Shown here one piece after another: positions 34,735 through 47,488 of a DNA stretch of 64,000 bases. The stretch lies in the NCBI GenBank assembly GCA_000004985.1, contig GG738870.1; one strand, 5' to 3'. The DNA is from Naegleria gruberi (taxonomy: Eukaryota). The notes beneath the pieces are model-generated. The model saw nothing but the letters and a program-made list of their open reading frames with translations, did no database searches and was not told where the DNA came from. The position numbers were made by a program, and so were the translations under genes. Within the stretch, counting starts at the first letter, position 1. Each line of letters begins with the position of its first letter.

Positions 34735-35665
34735 CTACAAATTTGAAATAATGAATTGTCTCAATCCTTCTTTATCAAATCCTTCACCTGTTGGTAAAAT
34801 GTGTCTTTTTGGATGTGAAATTTGAATGCTGTCATTTTGTTCAAACCAATCATTGGCCAAAGCTTGAGACATTGCTGGAGTGATAACCTCATCATTCATC
34901 CCGTAAATATGAAGAGATTTTAGACAACCACCAATCTTCTTTCCATTATTCAATAAAACTTTCATAATTTGCTGAATTTGAATTGCCTTTGCTTTGAATC
35001 CTCCAACAAGAATTATAAATTTCAAATTACATTGTACAATTTCATTGCCATCAATTATTTTCCTCTCAAAGAATGTTTCTCTAATTGCCTTAATGACATT
35101 TTCAAAATCCAAATCATCATCGTCATCTTTAACAATTTCAAAAAATGATTTTGGTAAATGATCTCTATTTAATAATCCATAATGTTCCAAAGTAATGAGT
35201 ATGGATACAGTGGAAACTATCATAGCTCCCTATTAAATTCAAACACAATTTGCACAAAATTCAAATAAATTCTTGCTTTCTTAGATAAATGAGATTACTC
35301 ACCTGAGAAAATCCAAGCAAACCATCCACAATATTTCCTTCCATTCTTTGATTTTTAATATAATCTGTGAGGTAAATGATTGCCTTCCTCCAACTTCCAT
35401 AGACAGTTCTATCCAAGTTTGGTTTTATCCATGTTCTATAACATTCTCTATTTTCTTTTGCATATTCCAATTGTTCCGAAGTCAATTCTGCAACTAGTGG
35501 AGCATCAGGAAATAAAAACTTTTTAATCGGAGTTGATTTGATTTGTTTCAAGAAGGCTAAACTTTTCTCTTCAAAGATTTTTCCATTCTGTAACCAGCCG
35601 TGTATCATGACTAGAGATTTTGTGGAATTTCGTGATGAGGTTGCTGTAGTTGGTTGTGTTTGCAT
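34735..35665 (-). CDS. FSH1/OVCA2-family serine hydrolase
   Basis: Exons 35303..35665 and 34735..35229. Intron 35230..35302 (GTGAGT..AATAG) is phase 0. Sequence reads ...LVMIHGWLQNGKIF...GLLGFSQ|GAMIVS..., giving the GFSQG nucleophile elbow. The C-terminal half matches the family, including IYGMNDEVI. Confidence 0.75.
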
Positions 35666-35722
35666 TTTTTTTCAAGTTGGAAATTCATTGTAAAATTGTG
35701 CGTCCTCAAACCGAGAGTAATA

Positions 35723-37619
35723 CTATTTCCTCATGAGTTTATTGAATCGATTGAGGAGAAGATTCTTATTGGAAGAGGAAGAAGGACTGGTTGAAAGAGT
35801 GGGTTGAGTTTGTTCGAGTGAGTTTCTTGTTGGACTGTTGGTGGCAGAAGAAGATGATGATGCATTGGTTTCTCTTACTAGCTCTTCAAATTCCTTTTCT
35901 ATGGCAGCATCTATTTGTATCTCCTGGTCTTGATTTGATGAACTGTCTGAGAATGTGGTTATGTGTAAAAGAGCTGTCTTGATTAGTGAAATAGCATCCC
36001 AATGAGTGTTATCGAATAGGAATATCGTCTTGTTGTTAATGTCATGGGAAAAATCTATTGCCAAATCAAAGATTGCATATATAGAAGAAATGTTTGCTTT
36101 GAGAATAATGTACATGATTACTGGAAGGAGTTTTTGCTCGTAATCTCTTTCTTGAATGTGCTTTACATGCTTCTTTACAACTTCAGTAAGCATGTAGTAT
36201 ACATCTTTGCAAATAATGATTTTGTCACTGATAATTTCCTTCTTGGTTATTTCCTTAAATTTGCTAATGATTGGTTGATATTCTCCCTCTAAACAGAGGT
36301 CATATTCTGCGCCTAGATCAACAAGAGACAACCCTCTGAGTTCAGAAATTCTTTTACAAACCAGTTTGGCTTCATCTTTTTGCATATATAGCTCAGTTAA
36401 CTCTTTTTCAATTTTGGAAACAACTGCTTGGCAAATCACACTATAGAGTACATTCTTGTGTTTTGAAAGGTGTGGATAATGCTTCCAAGAAGATGCTTCA
36501 GTAAGGTGCTGTGTCAAATTTACACAAAACTCCTTTACATACAATGCTGAAAAGTCAGGTGTTATGAGAGACATCTCTGAGGAGCTGAATTCATTTCTAA
36601 ATTTACGAGTAAAGCTTTCGAATACAGAAGAAAGAGGGTGATTATCCATATTTTCAATGTTGAGTATATAGCCCAATAAAAAGTAATATAATTCTTGCTC
36701 TTCATGAATATTTGATAATTGTGCAAGCCAGTTCTTTTCATATTCCTCATTTTCATATGACATTTTGTGTTCATGATAATTTTCCATAATGAATTGAATC
36801 CACAATGTATCACATCCATTACTTTTCAATATTTCTTTAGGTCCAACATCAAAATACTCTTCCATTATTTCATTTTCTGAAATTCCAGGTCCATCAACAG
36901 TAACATTCATATTTGATTGTTCTAATTCTTGATTATAATAAGTGGCTCTAAGTGTATCAATATCAAACAATTCCTTTTCAATTTGTTCTCTAATTTTACT
37001 CTTTTCTTGGAATTTTCTTTTCATTTTCAAATAATTCTTTTCATTTCAATTAATTTATCCATTCAATAATTTTACTTACATCTCCACTTTGATTTGATTC
37101 ATTGATTTTTTTCACTAATTCTGCTTGTTCGTTATCTAATTTAATTAATTTTAATCTTGTCATGTTAAATTGATCATTTAACTGGTCAATTTGTGAATTA
37201 AATACTTTCTCTTCATGATGTTTTACAATGCCAAAATATTCTGGTCTCTTTTGTGATGATAATGTTGCACCAACATTAGATGTACCAATACTAGTAGAAG
37301 TAGTTGGATTTTTAACAATATTTAACAATGCAAGTACTCTTTCAGTACACTTTTCATAAATCATTTTCAAACTAGCCAATTGATTCACTGACAAGTGTTG
37401 AATCAACTCTCTAGATTGTAAAATTGATCCGATCGATTGCACAGCCAAACCATAATGTTGTAAAGCCTCCAAAGGCTGCAAATTACCTTCCTCTAATTTT
37501 AATCCCAAATGCACTTGTTCATAAATTTGTTTTAGATATTGATCAATAATAGGTCCCGATGATGATGGCGTTGATGAAGATGGAGAGGAGTAATTGTGTT
37601 GTGGTTGTTGGGAGGACAT
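35723..37619 (-). CDS. VPS9-domain-like protein (putative Rab5-family GEF)
   Basis: Exons 37080..37619 and 35723..37036. Intron 37037..37079 (GTAAGT..AAAAG) is in frame. The region ...EQKLLPVIMYIILKANISSIYAIFDLAIDF...HWDAISLIK resembles the VPS9 catalytic-core helices; assignment is moderate. Confidence 0.5.
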
Positions 37620-37938
37620 TCAATGAGGTTCAACTTATTTTTTTTTACAGTTCTATTTATTCCTTTTCTAAAGTGATTCTAATTGGAATTTGTTCATTCA
37701 ATTAATGTTTGTTTAATATTAATTGTGAAAATAGAACTTGAAAGGAGATGGATTAAGGTTGAGGAATTTGGCTTCTTCTTCTGGTTAATAGCATTTAATT
37801 AAGCTTGTCATTGAAATATCTCATGTCAAAAAAATCCAATTTTAATGCACTCATATTCTATTGGATAGATTTTGATTGACCAAATACTTTCTATTAATAT
37901 TTGGCTTATCTGATTCTTACAATGCACACCATAAAAAA

Positions 37939-39171
37939 ATGATCAAAAGTATCAAACAGCAACATTCAATGGCAAAGTTCATGATGAAAACAACTGCCAA
38001 TCAAAATGTAATGATTTTTCATCAAGCCAAGCAGCAAGGTTTTCATCAAAACGTAAAACTTGCAAATAATCAAAATGCTCAACTCTCACATTTGGTGATC
38101 GGAGGAGGTTCTGGATTTTTAGGTAAACAAGTTTTGAAACAATTGTTAAAATCACACAAAGGTGCTGCTGGTGATGGTTTCACTCAATTTCAGGATGAAT
38201 TGTCAAATCTTTCACAAATTACAATAATTTCAAGAAATCCAAAAGAAACTAAACTTGCATTAGAAAAAGAATTGAAAAATTTGAATTTGGAAAAGAATAG
38301 TTTAATTCAAATTGGTGTAAAGAATTGGAAAGATGATGATTCAGTTTTTCTGTTCAATCATCAAATATTTGATGAGAAGGAAACTTATGGACGTGATAAG
38401 AAAGTTGCTGCTATTAATTTGAGTGGTGTTTCTATTGGAAAGCAAAGTTGGACTCCCAAATATAGAAAGGAAATATTCGAATCTAGAACCAAAACTACTT
38501 TGGATTTGATTCAATATTTGGATTCATTTGGTGAAAGTGCTAGTACATTTATTGGAACATCTGCTGTTGGTTTTTATCCATGCACCACTGATGGAAACCA
38601 AACTAATGTTTACACTGAAGATTTGACAACTCCTGCCAACAATCAATTTGGTGAGCTCACTAATGCAGTTGAAGAAGCCATCAAAAACACAAATTCCAAC
38701 AATATCAAAAACAAGATTATCATGAGACCAGGTGTTTTAATTGGTAAAGGAGGAGGTGTTTTAAATGACATGATGGTTCCATATATTGGATTGGCTATTC
38801 CAATAGTTTTTGGAAATGGAAATCAACCATTTAGTTGTATCCATCTTGAAGATGCTGCAAATATGTACATTCACGCATTATATCAAAACTTTAATTCCCA
38901 AAATAAGCAAGTTGCAATTTACAATACTGTAATGCCTGAATTGGTCAATTTCAAACAATTTGTAAAGTGTTTGAATTCCAAAGCAAATCCATTCTCGTTC
39001 CCACTTATTCCATTCCCTTACTCAATTGTAAAGACTATCTTTGGTAAGGAGAGAGCTCAATTATTATGTGAAGGCCAATTCGTCCTTCCTGCAAGAGCTC
39101 AACAAGAAAATTTCCAATTTAAATATCCAACTCTTGATTCAATGATTGAACAAGTCACCTCACGCAAATAA
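37939..39171 (+). CDS. SDR39U1/YfcH-type epimerase-family protein (NAD-binding Rossmann fold plus DUF1731), likely mitochondrial presequence
   Basis: ATG at 37939 (the ORF-track start is a non-ATG codon). Motifs: HLVIGGGSGFLGK, NLSGVSIGKQSWTPKYRKEIFESR, FIGTSAVGFYP, RPGVLIGKGGGVL, and GNGNQPFSCIHLEDAANMY matching GsGkQ..sWIH.dD. The C-terminus VLPARAQQENFQFKYP matches DUF1731. Confidence 0.75.
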   Translation: MIKSIKQQHSMAKFMMKTTANQNVMIFHQAKQQGFHQNVKLANNQNAQLSHLVIGGGSGFLGKQVLKQLLKSHKGAAGDGFTQFQDELSNLSQITIISRNPKETKLALEKELKNLNLEKNSLIQIGVKNWKDDDSVFLFNHQIFDEKETYGRDKKVAAINLSGVSIGKQSWTPKYRKEIFESRTKTTLDLIQYLDSFGESASTFIGTSAVGFYPCTTDGNQTNVYTEDLTTPANNQFGELTNAVEEAIKNTNSNNIKNKIIMRPGVLIGKGGGVLNDMMVPYIGLAIPIVFGNGNQPFSCIHLEDAANMYIHALYQNFNSQNKQVAIYNTVMPELVNFKQFVKCLNSKANPFSFPLIPFPYSIVKTIFGKERAQLLCEGQFVLPARAQQENFQFKYPTLDSMIEQVTSRK

Positions 39172-39278
39172 TCATCCAAAATATTCTATTCAACTTTCAT
39201 TGACAATGTGAATTATAGGGATCTTTACAATATATAAACACCGGGTTACTCTAGAAAAGTTTTCTTTAGTTTTTTTAT

Positions 39279-39936
39279 TTACAAAATATTGCAAGTCTTC
39301 TTTTTGGTTTTATCATTAATTCTCTGATTCTCCACCACTTCTTCATGCATATATGCCTTAATCACTTGTTCGAAAACTTCCTTAACTCCCTCCTGTGTCA
39401 ATGCACTACTTTCCATAAAGGCAAATGCACCCGTTTCCTTAGCGAGATTCATTCCTTCTTGTGTGGTGACTGGTTTCATTTCACGTTCTTCGAGGCATCG
39501 AAGGAAATCTTCATTCGTCCTTAAATCTTTCTTGGTTCCAACGAGGACGAAAGGTGTATGAGGATTGTGGTATTTAATTTCCTTTATCCATTTAGTTTGG
39601 ACATTGGAAAAACTATCTGGATTGACTGTGCTATATGTTACAAGGAAAACATCTGTATCTGGATAAGAAAGTGGACGAATTCGATCATAACTAAGTTTCG
39701 AAAAAAATTAATCAATAAAGAAGTGACTTTCTAACTTACTCTTCCTGACCAGCTGTGTCCCACATGGAAATCAACACAACTTCATTATTGTACTTTGTAT
39801 TTGCACTGTAATTATCAAAAACTGTTGGAATATAGCTGTCATCTGCTATTTTACCAAAAGCATAGCTCATTAACAGCATTGTTTTACCAACTGCACCATC
39901 TCCAACGCATACACATTTAATATTGATATCAGACAT
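39279..39936 (-). CDS. Rho-family small GTPase with CAAX box (CNIL, geranylgeranylation signal)
   Basis: Exons 39740..39936 and 39279..39690. Intron 39691..39739 (GTAAGT..CTTAG) restores ...WDTAGQE|[17 protein letters not shown]... Motifs present: [20 protein letters not shown] and TKKDLR. Confidence 0.85.
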
Positions 39937-40242
39937 TTTGTTGTTATTGTTTTGAAGATTGAAAACCTAAGCATGCTACAGGATTTATGCCAAATGTCAA
40001 CTTGATACTGTTCCTTGTTCAATTATTTGAAAATTGAACTCATCTTACAAAAAATTGTGCCGCCCAAATGTAATTAAATAATGCTTGTTTTTGTACTATT
40101 TCTTTTCCACGATGGGGAATTGGCCAAATAAAAAAGTATGTGTTTTTTCATTAGTATTTGTGGATGAAGAGAGATTTTGATTTCCTAACAAATCTTGAGA
40201 TTGTAAAACTCACAATAAAACAATTTAACCAGATTTAAAAAA

Positions 40243-41508
40243 ATGGCTGAAAACAAGAAGCGCCTCTATTCCCAAACTTTTGATAGTCAACAAGAAGAAA
40301 CGGCATTAGATGAAACCTCCTCCGATCTAACAACCTTTCTTATAAACCACTACAATTATTCGAATCCCTCTTCCAGTGATGAAAGCAATCATTCTAACCC
40401 CTTTCTCAAATATCGTAAATTATCTAATGTTGTAATCAAAACAACTTTCAAGGATTTTTATTTAAATGATTTTATTGCAAAAAGAAGCGGGCTTTTAAGA
40501 AAGATGATTGATTCGAATAGTGAGTGGAATTTAGGTAAAGATGAAGAAGGAAGATTTATTATTGATTTGTGTCAAGTTCAAGATTCAATTGTGAGCAAAG
40601 ACGAAATTTTGGAAGAATCTGATTTTGAAATTATTTTCAAATATTTGTATTCTGATAAAATTGATGAACGGATTTGTGTTGGTGAAAATGGGGATTTCGA
40701 ACAGGCAAGGAGAATTGTTCAGCTCACAAAATATTTTGACATGAATTACATGTTAAAATCAATGTTGGATAGGAATAGTGGATTAATGGAGGATTTTTGT
40801 AGAATACAAGTTAAATCTTGGATGGAATTCAAGTTGACTGAAGAAGATTACTTTTTATTATTAAGATCGATAGAGGGAGAACAACCCTCAATAGAGCTTG
40901 CCAATTTAATATGTCAAGAATCAGAATTTCCATTTGATTGGAAATGTTATGTGTTAATTGAAGCAATCAAGACTCAAAATGGAATTGATGATATTAACCA
41001 GATTACAAAAGAAATGTTACAACCTGTTGAAAGGTCAATTGAATACATCAAGAATGAATCCAAGCGTGTTATCAAAGGTGGTCATTTTTTTACTAAACAC
41101 AAACAAATGGCTGAAATATTAGGAATACAGAACGAGGAAATAGATTACAAATCACTTCATTTAATCAATCAAACTACCCAATTTACACAATATTACAGTA
41201 CTTATTTTGAAAAAGAGCACCATTTTGAATTATTTGGTGGTGGGTTGAAAGTTTCTATTGAGAAAGCTGGAAGTCAATCATGGAACTATTTTCTTTCGAA
41301 AAATTTTGGTAATCAGGATGACAATGTTAAGGTAATATTCTATTACACAGTAGATGATGGCAAGACAATCAAAAAGGAAAGCTTTTTTTCTAAATATTGC
41401 AGGTGCGATTTTGATCTTGATAATGAAGAAGTGGTGTTTGGATTGTTGGTAATTTTAAATGTTCATGAGGGAAGGAAATCCACTAAAAATCCAACTTGCT
41501 TCTTGTAA
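40243..41508 (+). CDS. hypothetical protein (421 aa, no confident domain)
   Basis: ATG at 40243; continuous ORF. Confidence 0.4.
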   Translation: MAENKKRLYSQTFDSQQEETALDETSSDLTTFLINHYNYSNPSSSDESNHSNPFLKYRKLSNVVIKTTFKDFYLNDFIAKRSGLLRKMIDSNSEWNLGKDEEGRFIIDLCQVQDSIVSKDEILEESDFEIIFKYLYSDKIDERICVGENGDFEQARRIVQLTKYFDMNYMLKSMLDRNSGLMEDFCRIQVKSWMEFKLTEEDYFLLLRSIEGEQPSIELANLICQESEFPFDWKCYVLIEAIKTQNGIDDINQITKEMLQPVERSIEYIKNESKRVIKGGHFFTKHKQMAEILGIQNEEIDYKSLHLINQTTQFTQYYSTYFEKEHHFELFGGGLKVSIEKAGSQSWNYFLSKNFGNQDDNVKVIFYYTVDDGKTIKKESFFSKYCRCDFDLDNEEVVFGLLVILNVHEGRKSTKNPTCFL

Positions 41509-41545
41509 AACAATTAATAGCCAATTTAGGAAATTTTTAAATAAT

Positions 41546-42180
41546 TTAATCAAATTTTGAATATGGGTGCGGTTTGATACCTGAACGTGACATGATCATC
41601 TTCTTTGACCAATCTTTATCCTTTTGTGACATGCAGAATGCTTGATATCTAAATGTTGTATCCTCACAAACCTGTTTAGAAGCAACTGTATAATAAGTAT
41701 GGAAAAATGGTAATAAAGCAGAAACCAAAGATAATGCAACTGAAAAATAGATTACTTTAAATCCTCTCGTAAAAGCTGTTTGTGTACTAATGTGATGAAG
41801 TTGTGGTGTTTTGAAGTACCATGGATAAAGGAATGAAACACCCAGTCCAAATGCTGTAGGTCCAAATATGTTAAATGATAAATTTCTAGTTTGTTTCAAT
41901 TTTTGAATTAATTCAAAATCTAATGGAAATAATTCCTTAAATTTATCCATAGTACTCTGTGATACTTCCAAATTGTCTCCTAACCATCTATATGTTTGAA
42001 AATGTTCATACGATTTAAATACTAAATATCCAAAACTTATAAAGTATCCTGTCAAATACTAAATTTTGACAATTAATTATCAAGTAATTTGAAAAATACC
42101 TTATGAATATGGGTGAGAGAACTCACCATTCTCTTATTTCTAAGTGCCCATAAATCTTGTAATTTACCAGGTTGAGACAT
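41546..42180 (-). CDS. small integral membrane protein, unknown family (GxxxG-containing, about 189 aa)
   Basis: Exons 42127..42180 (MSQPGKLQDLWALRNKRM) and 41546..42058. Intron 42059..42126 (GTGAGT..TTTAG) is phase 0. A GTATTT donor 27 nt further downstream is equally in frame. Confidence 0.45.
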
Positions 42181-42890
42181 TTTCCGTCCTTTTTTTGCAA
42201 TCCAATTTTTAAATATTTAATATCTTGTTGATGATGACGATAATGGTGAAACTCCACACAACTATCAAGATGATTGTTTTTTATTGTCCGAGTAATAATT
42301 GAAGGCGAGTGCAAGTGAATGGTCAATCAAATTGGCGCCTATAGCTTGTTATCCATACTCTCAATTTTTTTGTTTGGTGAGTAACAAGCATAGCAGATTG
42401 AAATTCATCATCGTAAAAAGAATAGTGAAAAACTTCAATATCTTAAAGTCTTAATCTCCAACCCTTGGGTCATTGGAAGTTGTGGAGAAAATTTTTTCAT
42501 CTTCTTCATTGAAACGTTCTTAATATTGTTATTTAGTATTTTCAATTTCTAAATGGTGTTCATTGAGATGTTGTGTATTGAATTCCTTGGCAGAGAATTA
42601 CTTCAAACTCCAATTTTAAAGCAACAAACAGAAGCAATAATAAGCAGACATGGGGTGATAAATGGTTACCACAAAATGTTGAGCCAAGAACAATCAGATG
42701 AAAGAAGAAAAGATAAAATGCCCTTTGCAAAAAAATTTCAAAACACCCGCCATAACCCTCTGATTTTTGCTTGTTTCAAAGCTTTGCTTAGTTTTGGTGA
42801 AGAAAATATAGCAATATAATCACACAATATTTAATTACAACAACAACAACAATTATTTATATACTGTAAAAATTAATAGGAATATCCATC

Positions 42891-45800
42891 ATGTCTAACC
42901 TCCAAGAATTTGAACAAGTTATTGCCAATATCCTCTCTCCGGACAATAACATTAGAAACCAAGCAGAAGCATATTATAATAGCACCAAGTCTAACCCAGA
43001 TTTGTGTGTTGGTTCATTGGTTCAATTACTTCGCTCATCACAACATATCCACGTAGGTTTTAATTTTTATTCTTATTTTCATTGAATATAATTTTAAAAT
43101 CATAGGTAAGAGGTCTTGCTTGTGTTCTCTTGAGAAAAGTCATTACTAAAACCGAAGAATCTCTCTTCCCTCTCTTATCACCACAAGTACAACAATTGGT
43201 TAAATCCGAATTACTCCAAGCATTGAGACAAGAAACTGTTTCCCATGTTAGAACTAAATTAATTTATACAATTTCTGGGTTCGTTTCAGGATTAATAGAA
43301 GATAATCAATACCCAGAATTCCTTCCAACAATTTTCACTTGGGCCACTGACCAAAACCCAACACTCAGAAGTAGTGCTATGGGTATCTTCACTCAATTAT
43401 CAACTTATTTATTGGATAAGGGTTTGGAACCATATCTTCAACAAATCTTCGAGTTGGTTAGAAATTGTTTGCAAGACTCTGATAACCGTGTTACTCTTGA
43501 TGCTTTTGAAGCTTTATGTTCAGTTGTCACTGTTATTGACAAATCTAAGACACCAGCCTTTTCCGCTTGTATTCCTCATCTTTTGAGTATTCTTGCTGCT
43601 CAATTGAATAATAATGATTTTGAAACAGCTGCAAATTGTGTTGAACAATTAATTGAAGTTGCTGTCTCTCAATCATCCTTCTTCAAATCATATGCTTCCG
43701 CCGTTGTCACTGCCATGTATCAAATTGGTAGCACTCCTCAAATTGAAGATAGTGTTAGACATTTGGCTATTGAATTTATGATTTCATACTCCGAAGCTTC
43801 ACCAAGTGTTGTCAGAAGAATTCCAAACTTTGTTGAAAATCTTTTACCATTATGTATGAATCTTATGTTGGATATTGAACACGAAGAAAATGAATGGTCA
43901 AATACCTATGAAGATGATGATAATGAACTCACCAATTATGATGTTGGTTTGGAATCATTGGATAGATTGGCTTTGTCAGGTGTTAATCCTGAACAAGTTG
44001 CTACTGTTGCTTTCAAATATATTCCAGAATTCATTAATAATGCTAACGATTGGAGATACAGACACACTGGTTTGATGGCTATTTCTCAAACTGCTGAAGG
44101 TTGTAACGAACAATATGCTAAATATTTGAAGGAAATTGTTCATATGAATGTCAAACTTTTCAGTGACCCACATCCACGTGTTAGATATGCTGCTATTCAC
44201 TGTGCTGCTCAATTATCTACCGATTTTGCTGGACAAATTCAATCCGAATATCATAGCTTGATTGTTCCTGCTTTGCTCCAAGGTATGAGTGATCAAATTC
44301 CAAAGGTTCAATCCCATGCTGCTACTGCCATTGTTAACTTTGTTGATGATTGTGAAAGCAAGTATGTCCACATTTATCTCGATAGCATTCTTTCCAAGTT
44401 GCTTGACTTGTTGAAGACTGGTAGAAGATTTGTTCAAGAACAATCTCTCTCTGCTATTTCAGCTGTTGCCGATTGTGCTGAAAATCTTTTCATCAATTAT
44501 TATGATTTCATCATGCCTTTCCTCAAGGAAATTTTGTGGAACGCTACTGGTAAAACTGAACGTGTTTTGAGAGCTCGTGCTATTGAATGTGTTAGTTTGA
44601 TTGGTGTTGCTGTCGGTAAAGAAAAGTTCGGAAATGATGCTCGTCAAATTATGGAAGTTTTGATTAATACCCAACAACAAACTCTCGATTCCGATGATCC
44701 AATTGTTCAACATCTCCATCAAGCTTATACAAGAATTGCTAAGTGTCTTGGTGAAGATTTTGTTCCATATCTTGGTTTCACTGTTCCTCCACTTTTGAAG
44801 TCTGCTGCTATTGAGCCTGATGTTACTATTTCTGATGTTGATGGTTCAAATGAAGGCGTTGATGAAGAAGGTGTTGAATCTGTTACTCTCTCAATTAAGG
44901 GTGTTGGTGATAAGGTTATTAGTATTAGAACTTCAACATTGGAAGAAAAGCATTTGGCTTGCTCTTGCCTCTACTCTTATGTTGTTGTCATGAAAGATGC
45001 CATGTTGCCATATATCAAGGAAATTACTGATATTATGGTTCCTCTTCTCAAGTTCCCATACTTAGAAGATATCAGAGATGTCAGTGCTACTATTATGCCA
45101 AAGTTGATCAAGGCTGTTAAGCTTGCTGTTCAAAAAGGAAAGACTCAACCACAAACTCTTAAGGGTCTTTTGGACTTTATTATTTTGCATATCGTTCCTG
45201 CTCTTAAAGTTGAACCTGAAGTCAAGACTGCTGTTACTCTTACTGAATCATTGAACGATTGTATTGTTGAAGTTGGTGAAAACTGTATGACTAAGGAACA
45301 AGTTGAAGAATGTTGTGAAATTCTCAAGAATATCTTGCTTCACGGTTTGGCTAGAAAGCAAAGCATTCTCACTGAACAAGAACAAGAAGAAGATGACGAA
45401 GAACAACTCAGACTTGATGACGAATGTGAATTGGAAGATCAATTATTAACTGGTGTTTCTGAATTTGTTGGAACAATGATGAAGACACAAAAACAAACCA
45501 TTTGGGAACCATTCATGAATCATCTCTGGGATACATATAGAGTTATGGTTCAAGATCAAAACTCACCTGAGGAACAAAGAATTTCATTGTGTGTTTTCTG
45601 TGACTTCATTGAACAAGGTGAACAAGTTGCTCTCCAACATTTGGACTATATTTTGAATCTTTTCGTCAATTTTGCTCCTTCAGACAATCCAGAAGTTAGA
45701 CAAGCTGCTGTATATGGTTTGGGTGCTTGCTCTAAACATGGAGGTCCATTATTCAATCAACACGCAGAAAATATTGCTGGTCTTTTGAAGTCAGTTATAG

Positions 45801-46210
45801 AAAGAGAAGATGCTCGTTTCCTTGAATGTGCTGCTGCTACCTGTAATGCTTTGAGTGCTTTATTCAAATGTGTGACATCAAGACAAGTTTCTCAAGCAGA
45901 TAATTTCATACAATTTTGGTTCAAGAGTTTACCAGCTGCTGGTGATATGATCGAAGCTAGAATTGTTCACGACAACCTTATTAACCTTGCTAAACAAGGT
46001 AATCAACTTATCTTCAGTGATTTGACACATCTCTTCCGTGTATTTGCTCGTATTCTTGATACTGAAGCCATAAGTATGGAATCACAAATTACAAGTATTC
46101 AAATGATTAAGCAAATGCAACAACAACAACCACAAGCTGTCCAACAAGCTCTTTCTCAATTATCTCAAGAAGAAGCTAACAGACTTATCTCAATTGTGTC
46201 TAAAAATTAA
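42891..46210 (+). CDS. importin-5 / karyopherin beta-3 (RanBP5, Kap121/Pse1-type HEAT-repeat importin)
   Basis: Exons 42891..43052 and 43106..46210. Intron 43053..43105 (GTAGGT..CATAG) is in frame. The N-terminus ...SPDNNIRNQAEAYYNS...|VRGLACVLLRKVI...LSPQVQQLVKSELLQALRQET matches the importin-beta N-terminal domain of IPO5. The protein is about 1080 aa of HEAT repeats. Confidence 0.85.
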
Positions 46211-46248
46211 ATACGTCAAAAAATAAATTATTAATAATTATTAAAAAA

Positions 46249-47319
46249 ATGATTGAACTTGAATCGGATAGCCTTGAAAAGTTTGTCTCGGAAACCAAAT
46301 GTTTTTGTTTAGATTGTGATGGAGTTATAGTACGAGGTTTGTTTTGTTGTTTGCATTGTTAAAGACCTTCCTCCATCATTGTACTGTGAAATTTAAAATT
46401 AAAGGAACAGAATTAATTCACAATGTAAAAGAAACATTGGAAGATTTAAGAAAATTGAACAAAAAGATCTTTTTCATTACCAACAATTCATCAAATTCAA
46501 GAAAAGGATATTTAAAGAAATTCCAATCTTTAGGACTTGAAATTGATGTTGTAGGTTTTTAAATTTAAATACCTGAATTTTAAATTAGAAATTAACAAGT
46601 CTGAAATATTGTCATCCTCATATGCAGCTGCTGTTTATGTGAAAGAACACGGAATTAAAACAGCCTACGTAATTGGAGGTGATGGAATCAAAGAAGAATT
46701 ACAATTAATTGGAGTTGAAGCTGCTGCATTTGATGAACATTTAGGTAAACCATTAAAAGAAGAAGAATTTATGGGAGAATGGGAAGAGTTTACAAAAAGA
46801 TATCCAGTTGACAAAATTGGAGCAGTCATTGTTGGATATGATAATAGATTCAATAACTTTAAATTAGCAATGGCACATCAAATTTTGAGAGAAAATCCAA
46901 ATTGTTTATTCATTGCAACAAATACTGACGCAACTCTTCCTTACAAACAAGGTTTGTTCTTACCAGGAGGTGGTTGTTTTGTTTCAGCACTTTCTACATG
47001 TATTGGAAGAAAGCCAGATATTGTTGCTGGTAAACCTTCAACCTTACTACTTGATACTGCACTCAGTATTCTCTATCATGATTCAGAAAATCAAGTTACA
47101 AGTGAAAATAAGCATGAAACTGTTTGTATGGTTGGTGATAGATTAGAAACTGATATTACACTTGGAAATAGAGTTGGTGTGAAGAGTGTTTGTGTTTTAA
47201 CAGGTGTTGCTCACAGAGATCAATTGGATCAAGTCATTGAAAAACAAGAAACTCTTCAAATTCCTCAATTTTTGCTTTCTAGTTTTGGTGTTATTCATTC
47301 TGTTTTGAATAAAGAATAG
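46249..47319 (+). CDS. HAD-IIA family phosphatase (p-nitrophenylphosphatase / phosphoglycolate or pyridoxal phosphatase type)
   Basis: Exons 46249..46336, 46405..46554 and 46589..47319. Intron 46337..46404 (GTTTGT..AAAG) is followed by a short intron 46555..46588 (GTTTTT..TTAG, weak donor). Sequence: ...FCLDCDGVIVRG|TELIHNVKETLEDLRKLNKKIFFITNNSSNSRKGYLKKFQSLGLEIDVV|EINKSEILSSSYAAAVYV...GKP...VCMVGDRLETDI. Confidence 0.8.
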
Positions 47320-47488
47320 ATACCACCACATTTGATCACAAACATATTTCACCATTACGAACAACATATACAAACATGAGCTCAATCATGGTCGTTTCAT
47401 AAGTTGGGAAATAAATTTCGATAAGTCAAAAAGCTTGCTTCTTCAAGCACCAATAAGGAACTAACAAGCATTATCAACTTTGTAAAAA

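Noticed and set aside
39736-39936. Treating the 66-aa [11 protein letters not shown]...TAGQEE as a stand-alone small GTPase fragment or pseudogene
   Set aside because: A GTAAGT donor immediately after QE and a 49-nt intron join it in frame to the downstream exon ([11 protein letters not shown]...CNIL), giving a complete Rho GTPase.
42553-42819. 88-aa plus-strand ORF upstream of importin-5
   Set aside because: It lies in the shared upstream region between two divergent genes, has no domain, and begins with a non-ATG codon in the track. Probably leader or intergenic sequence.
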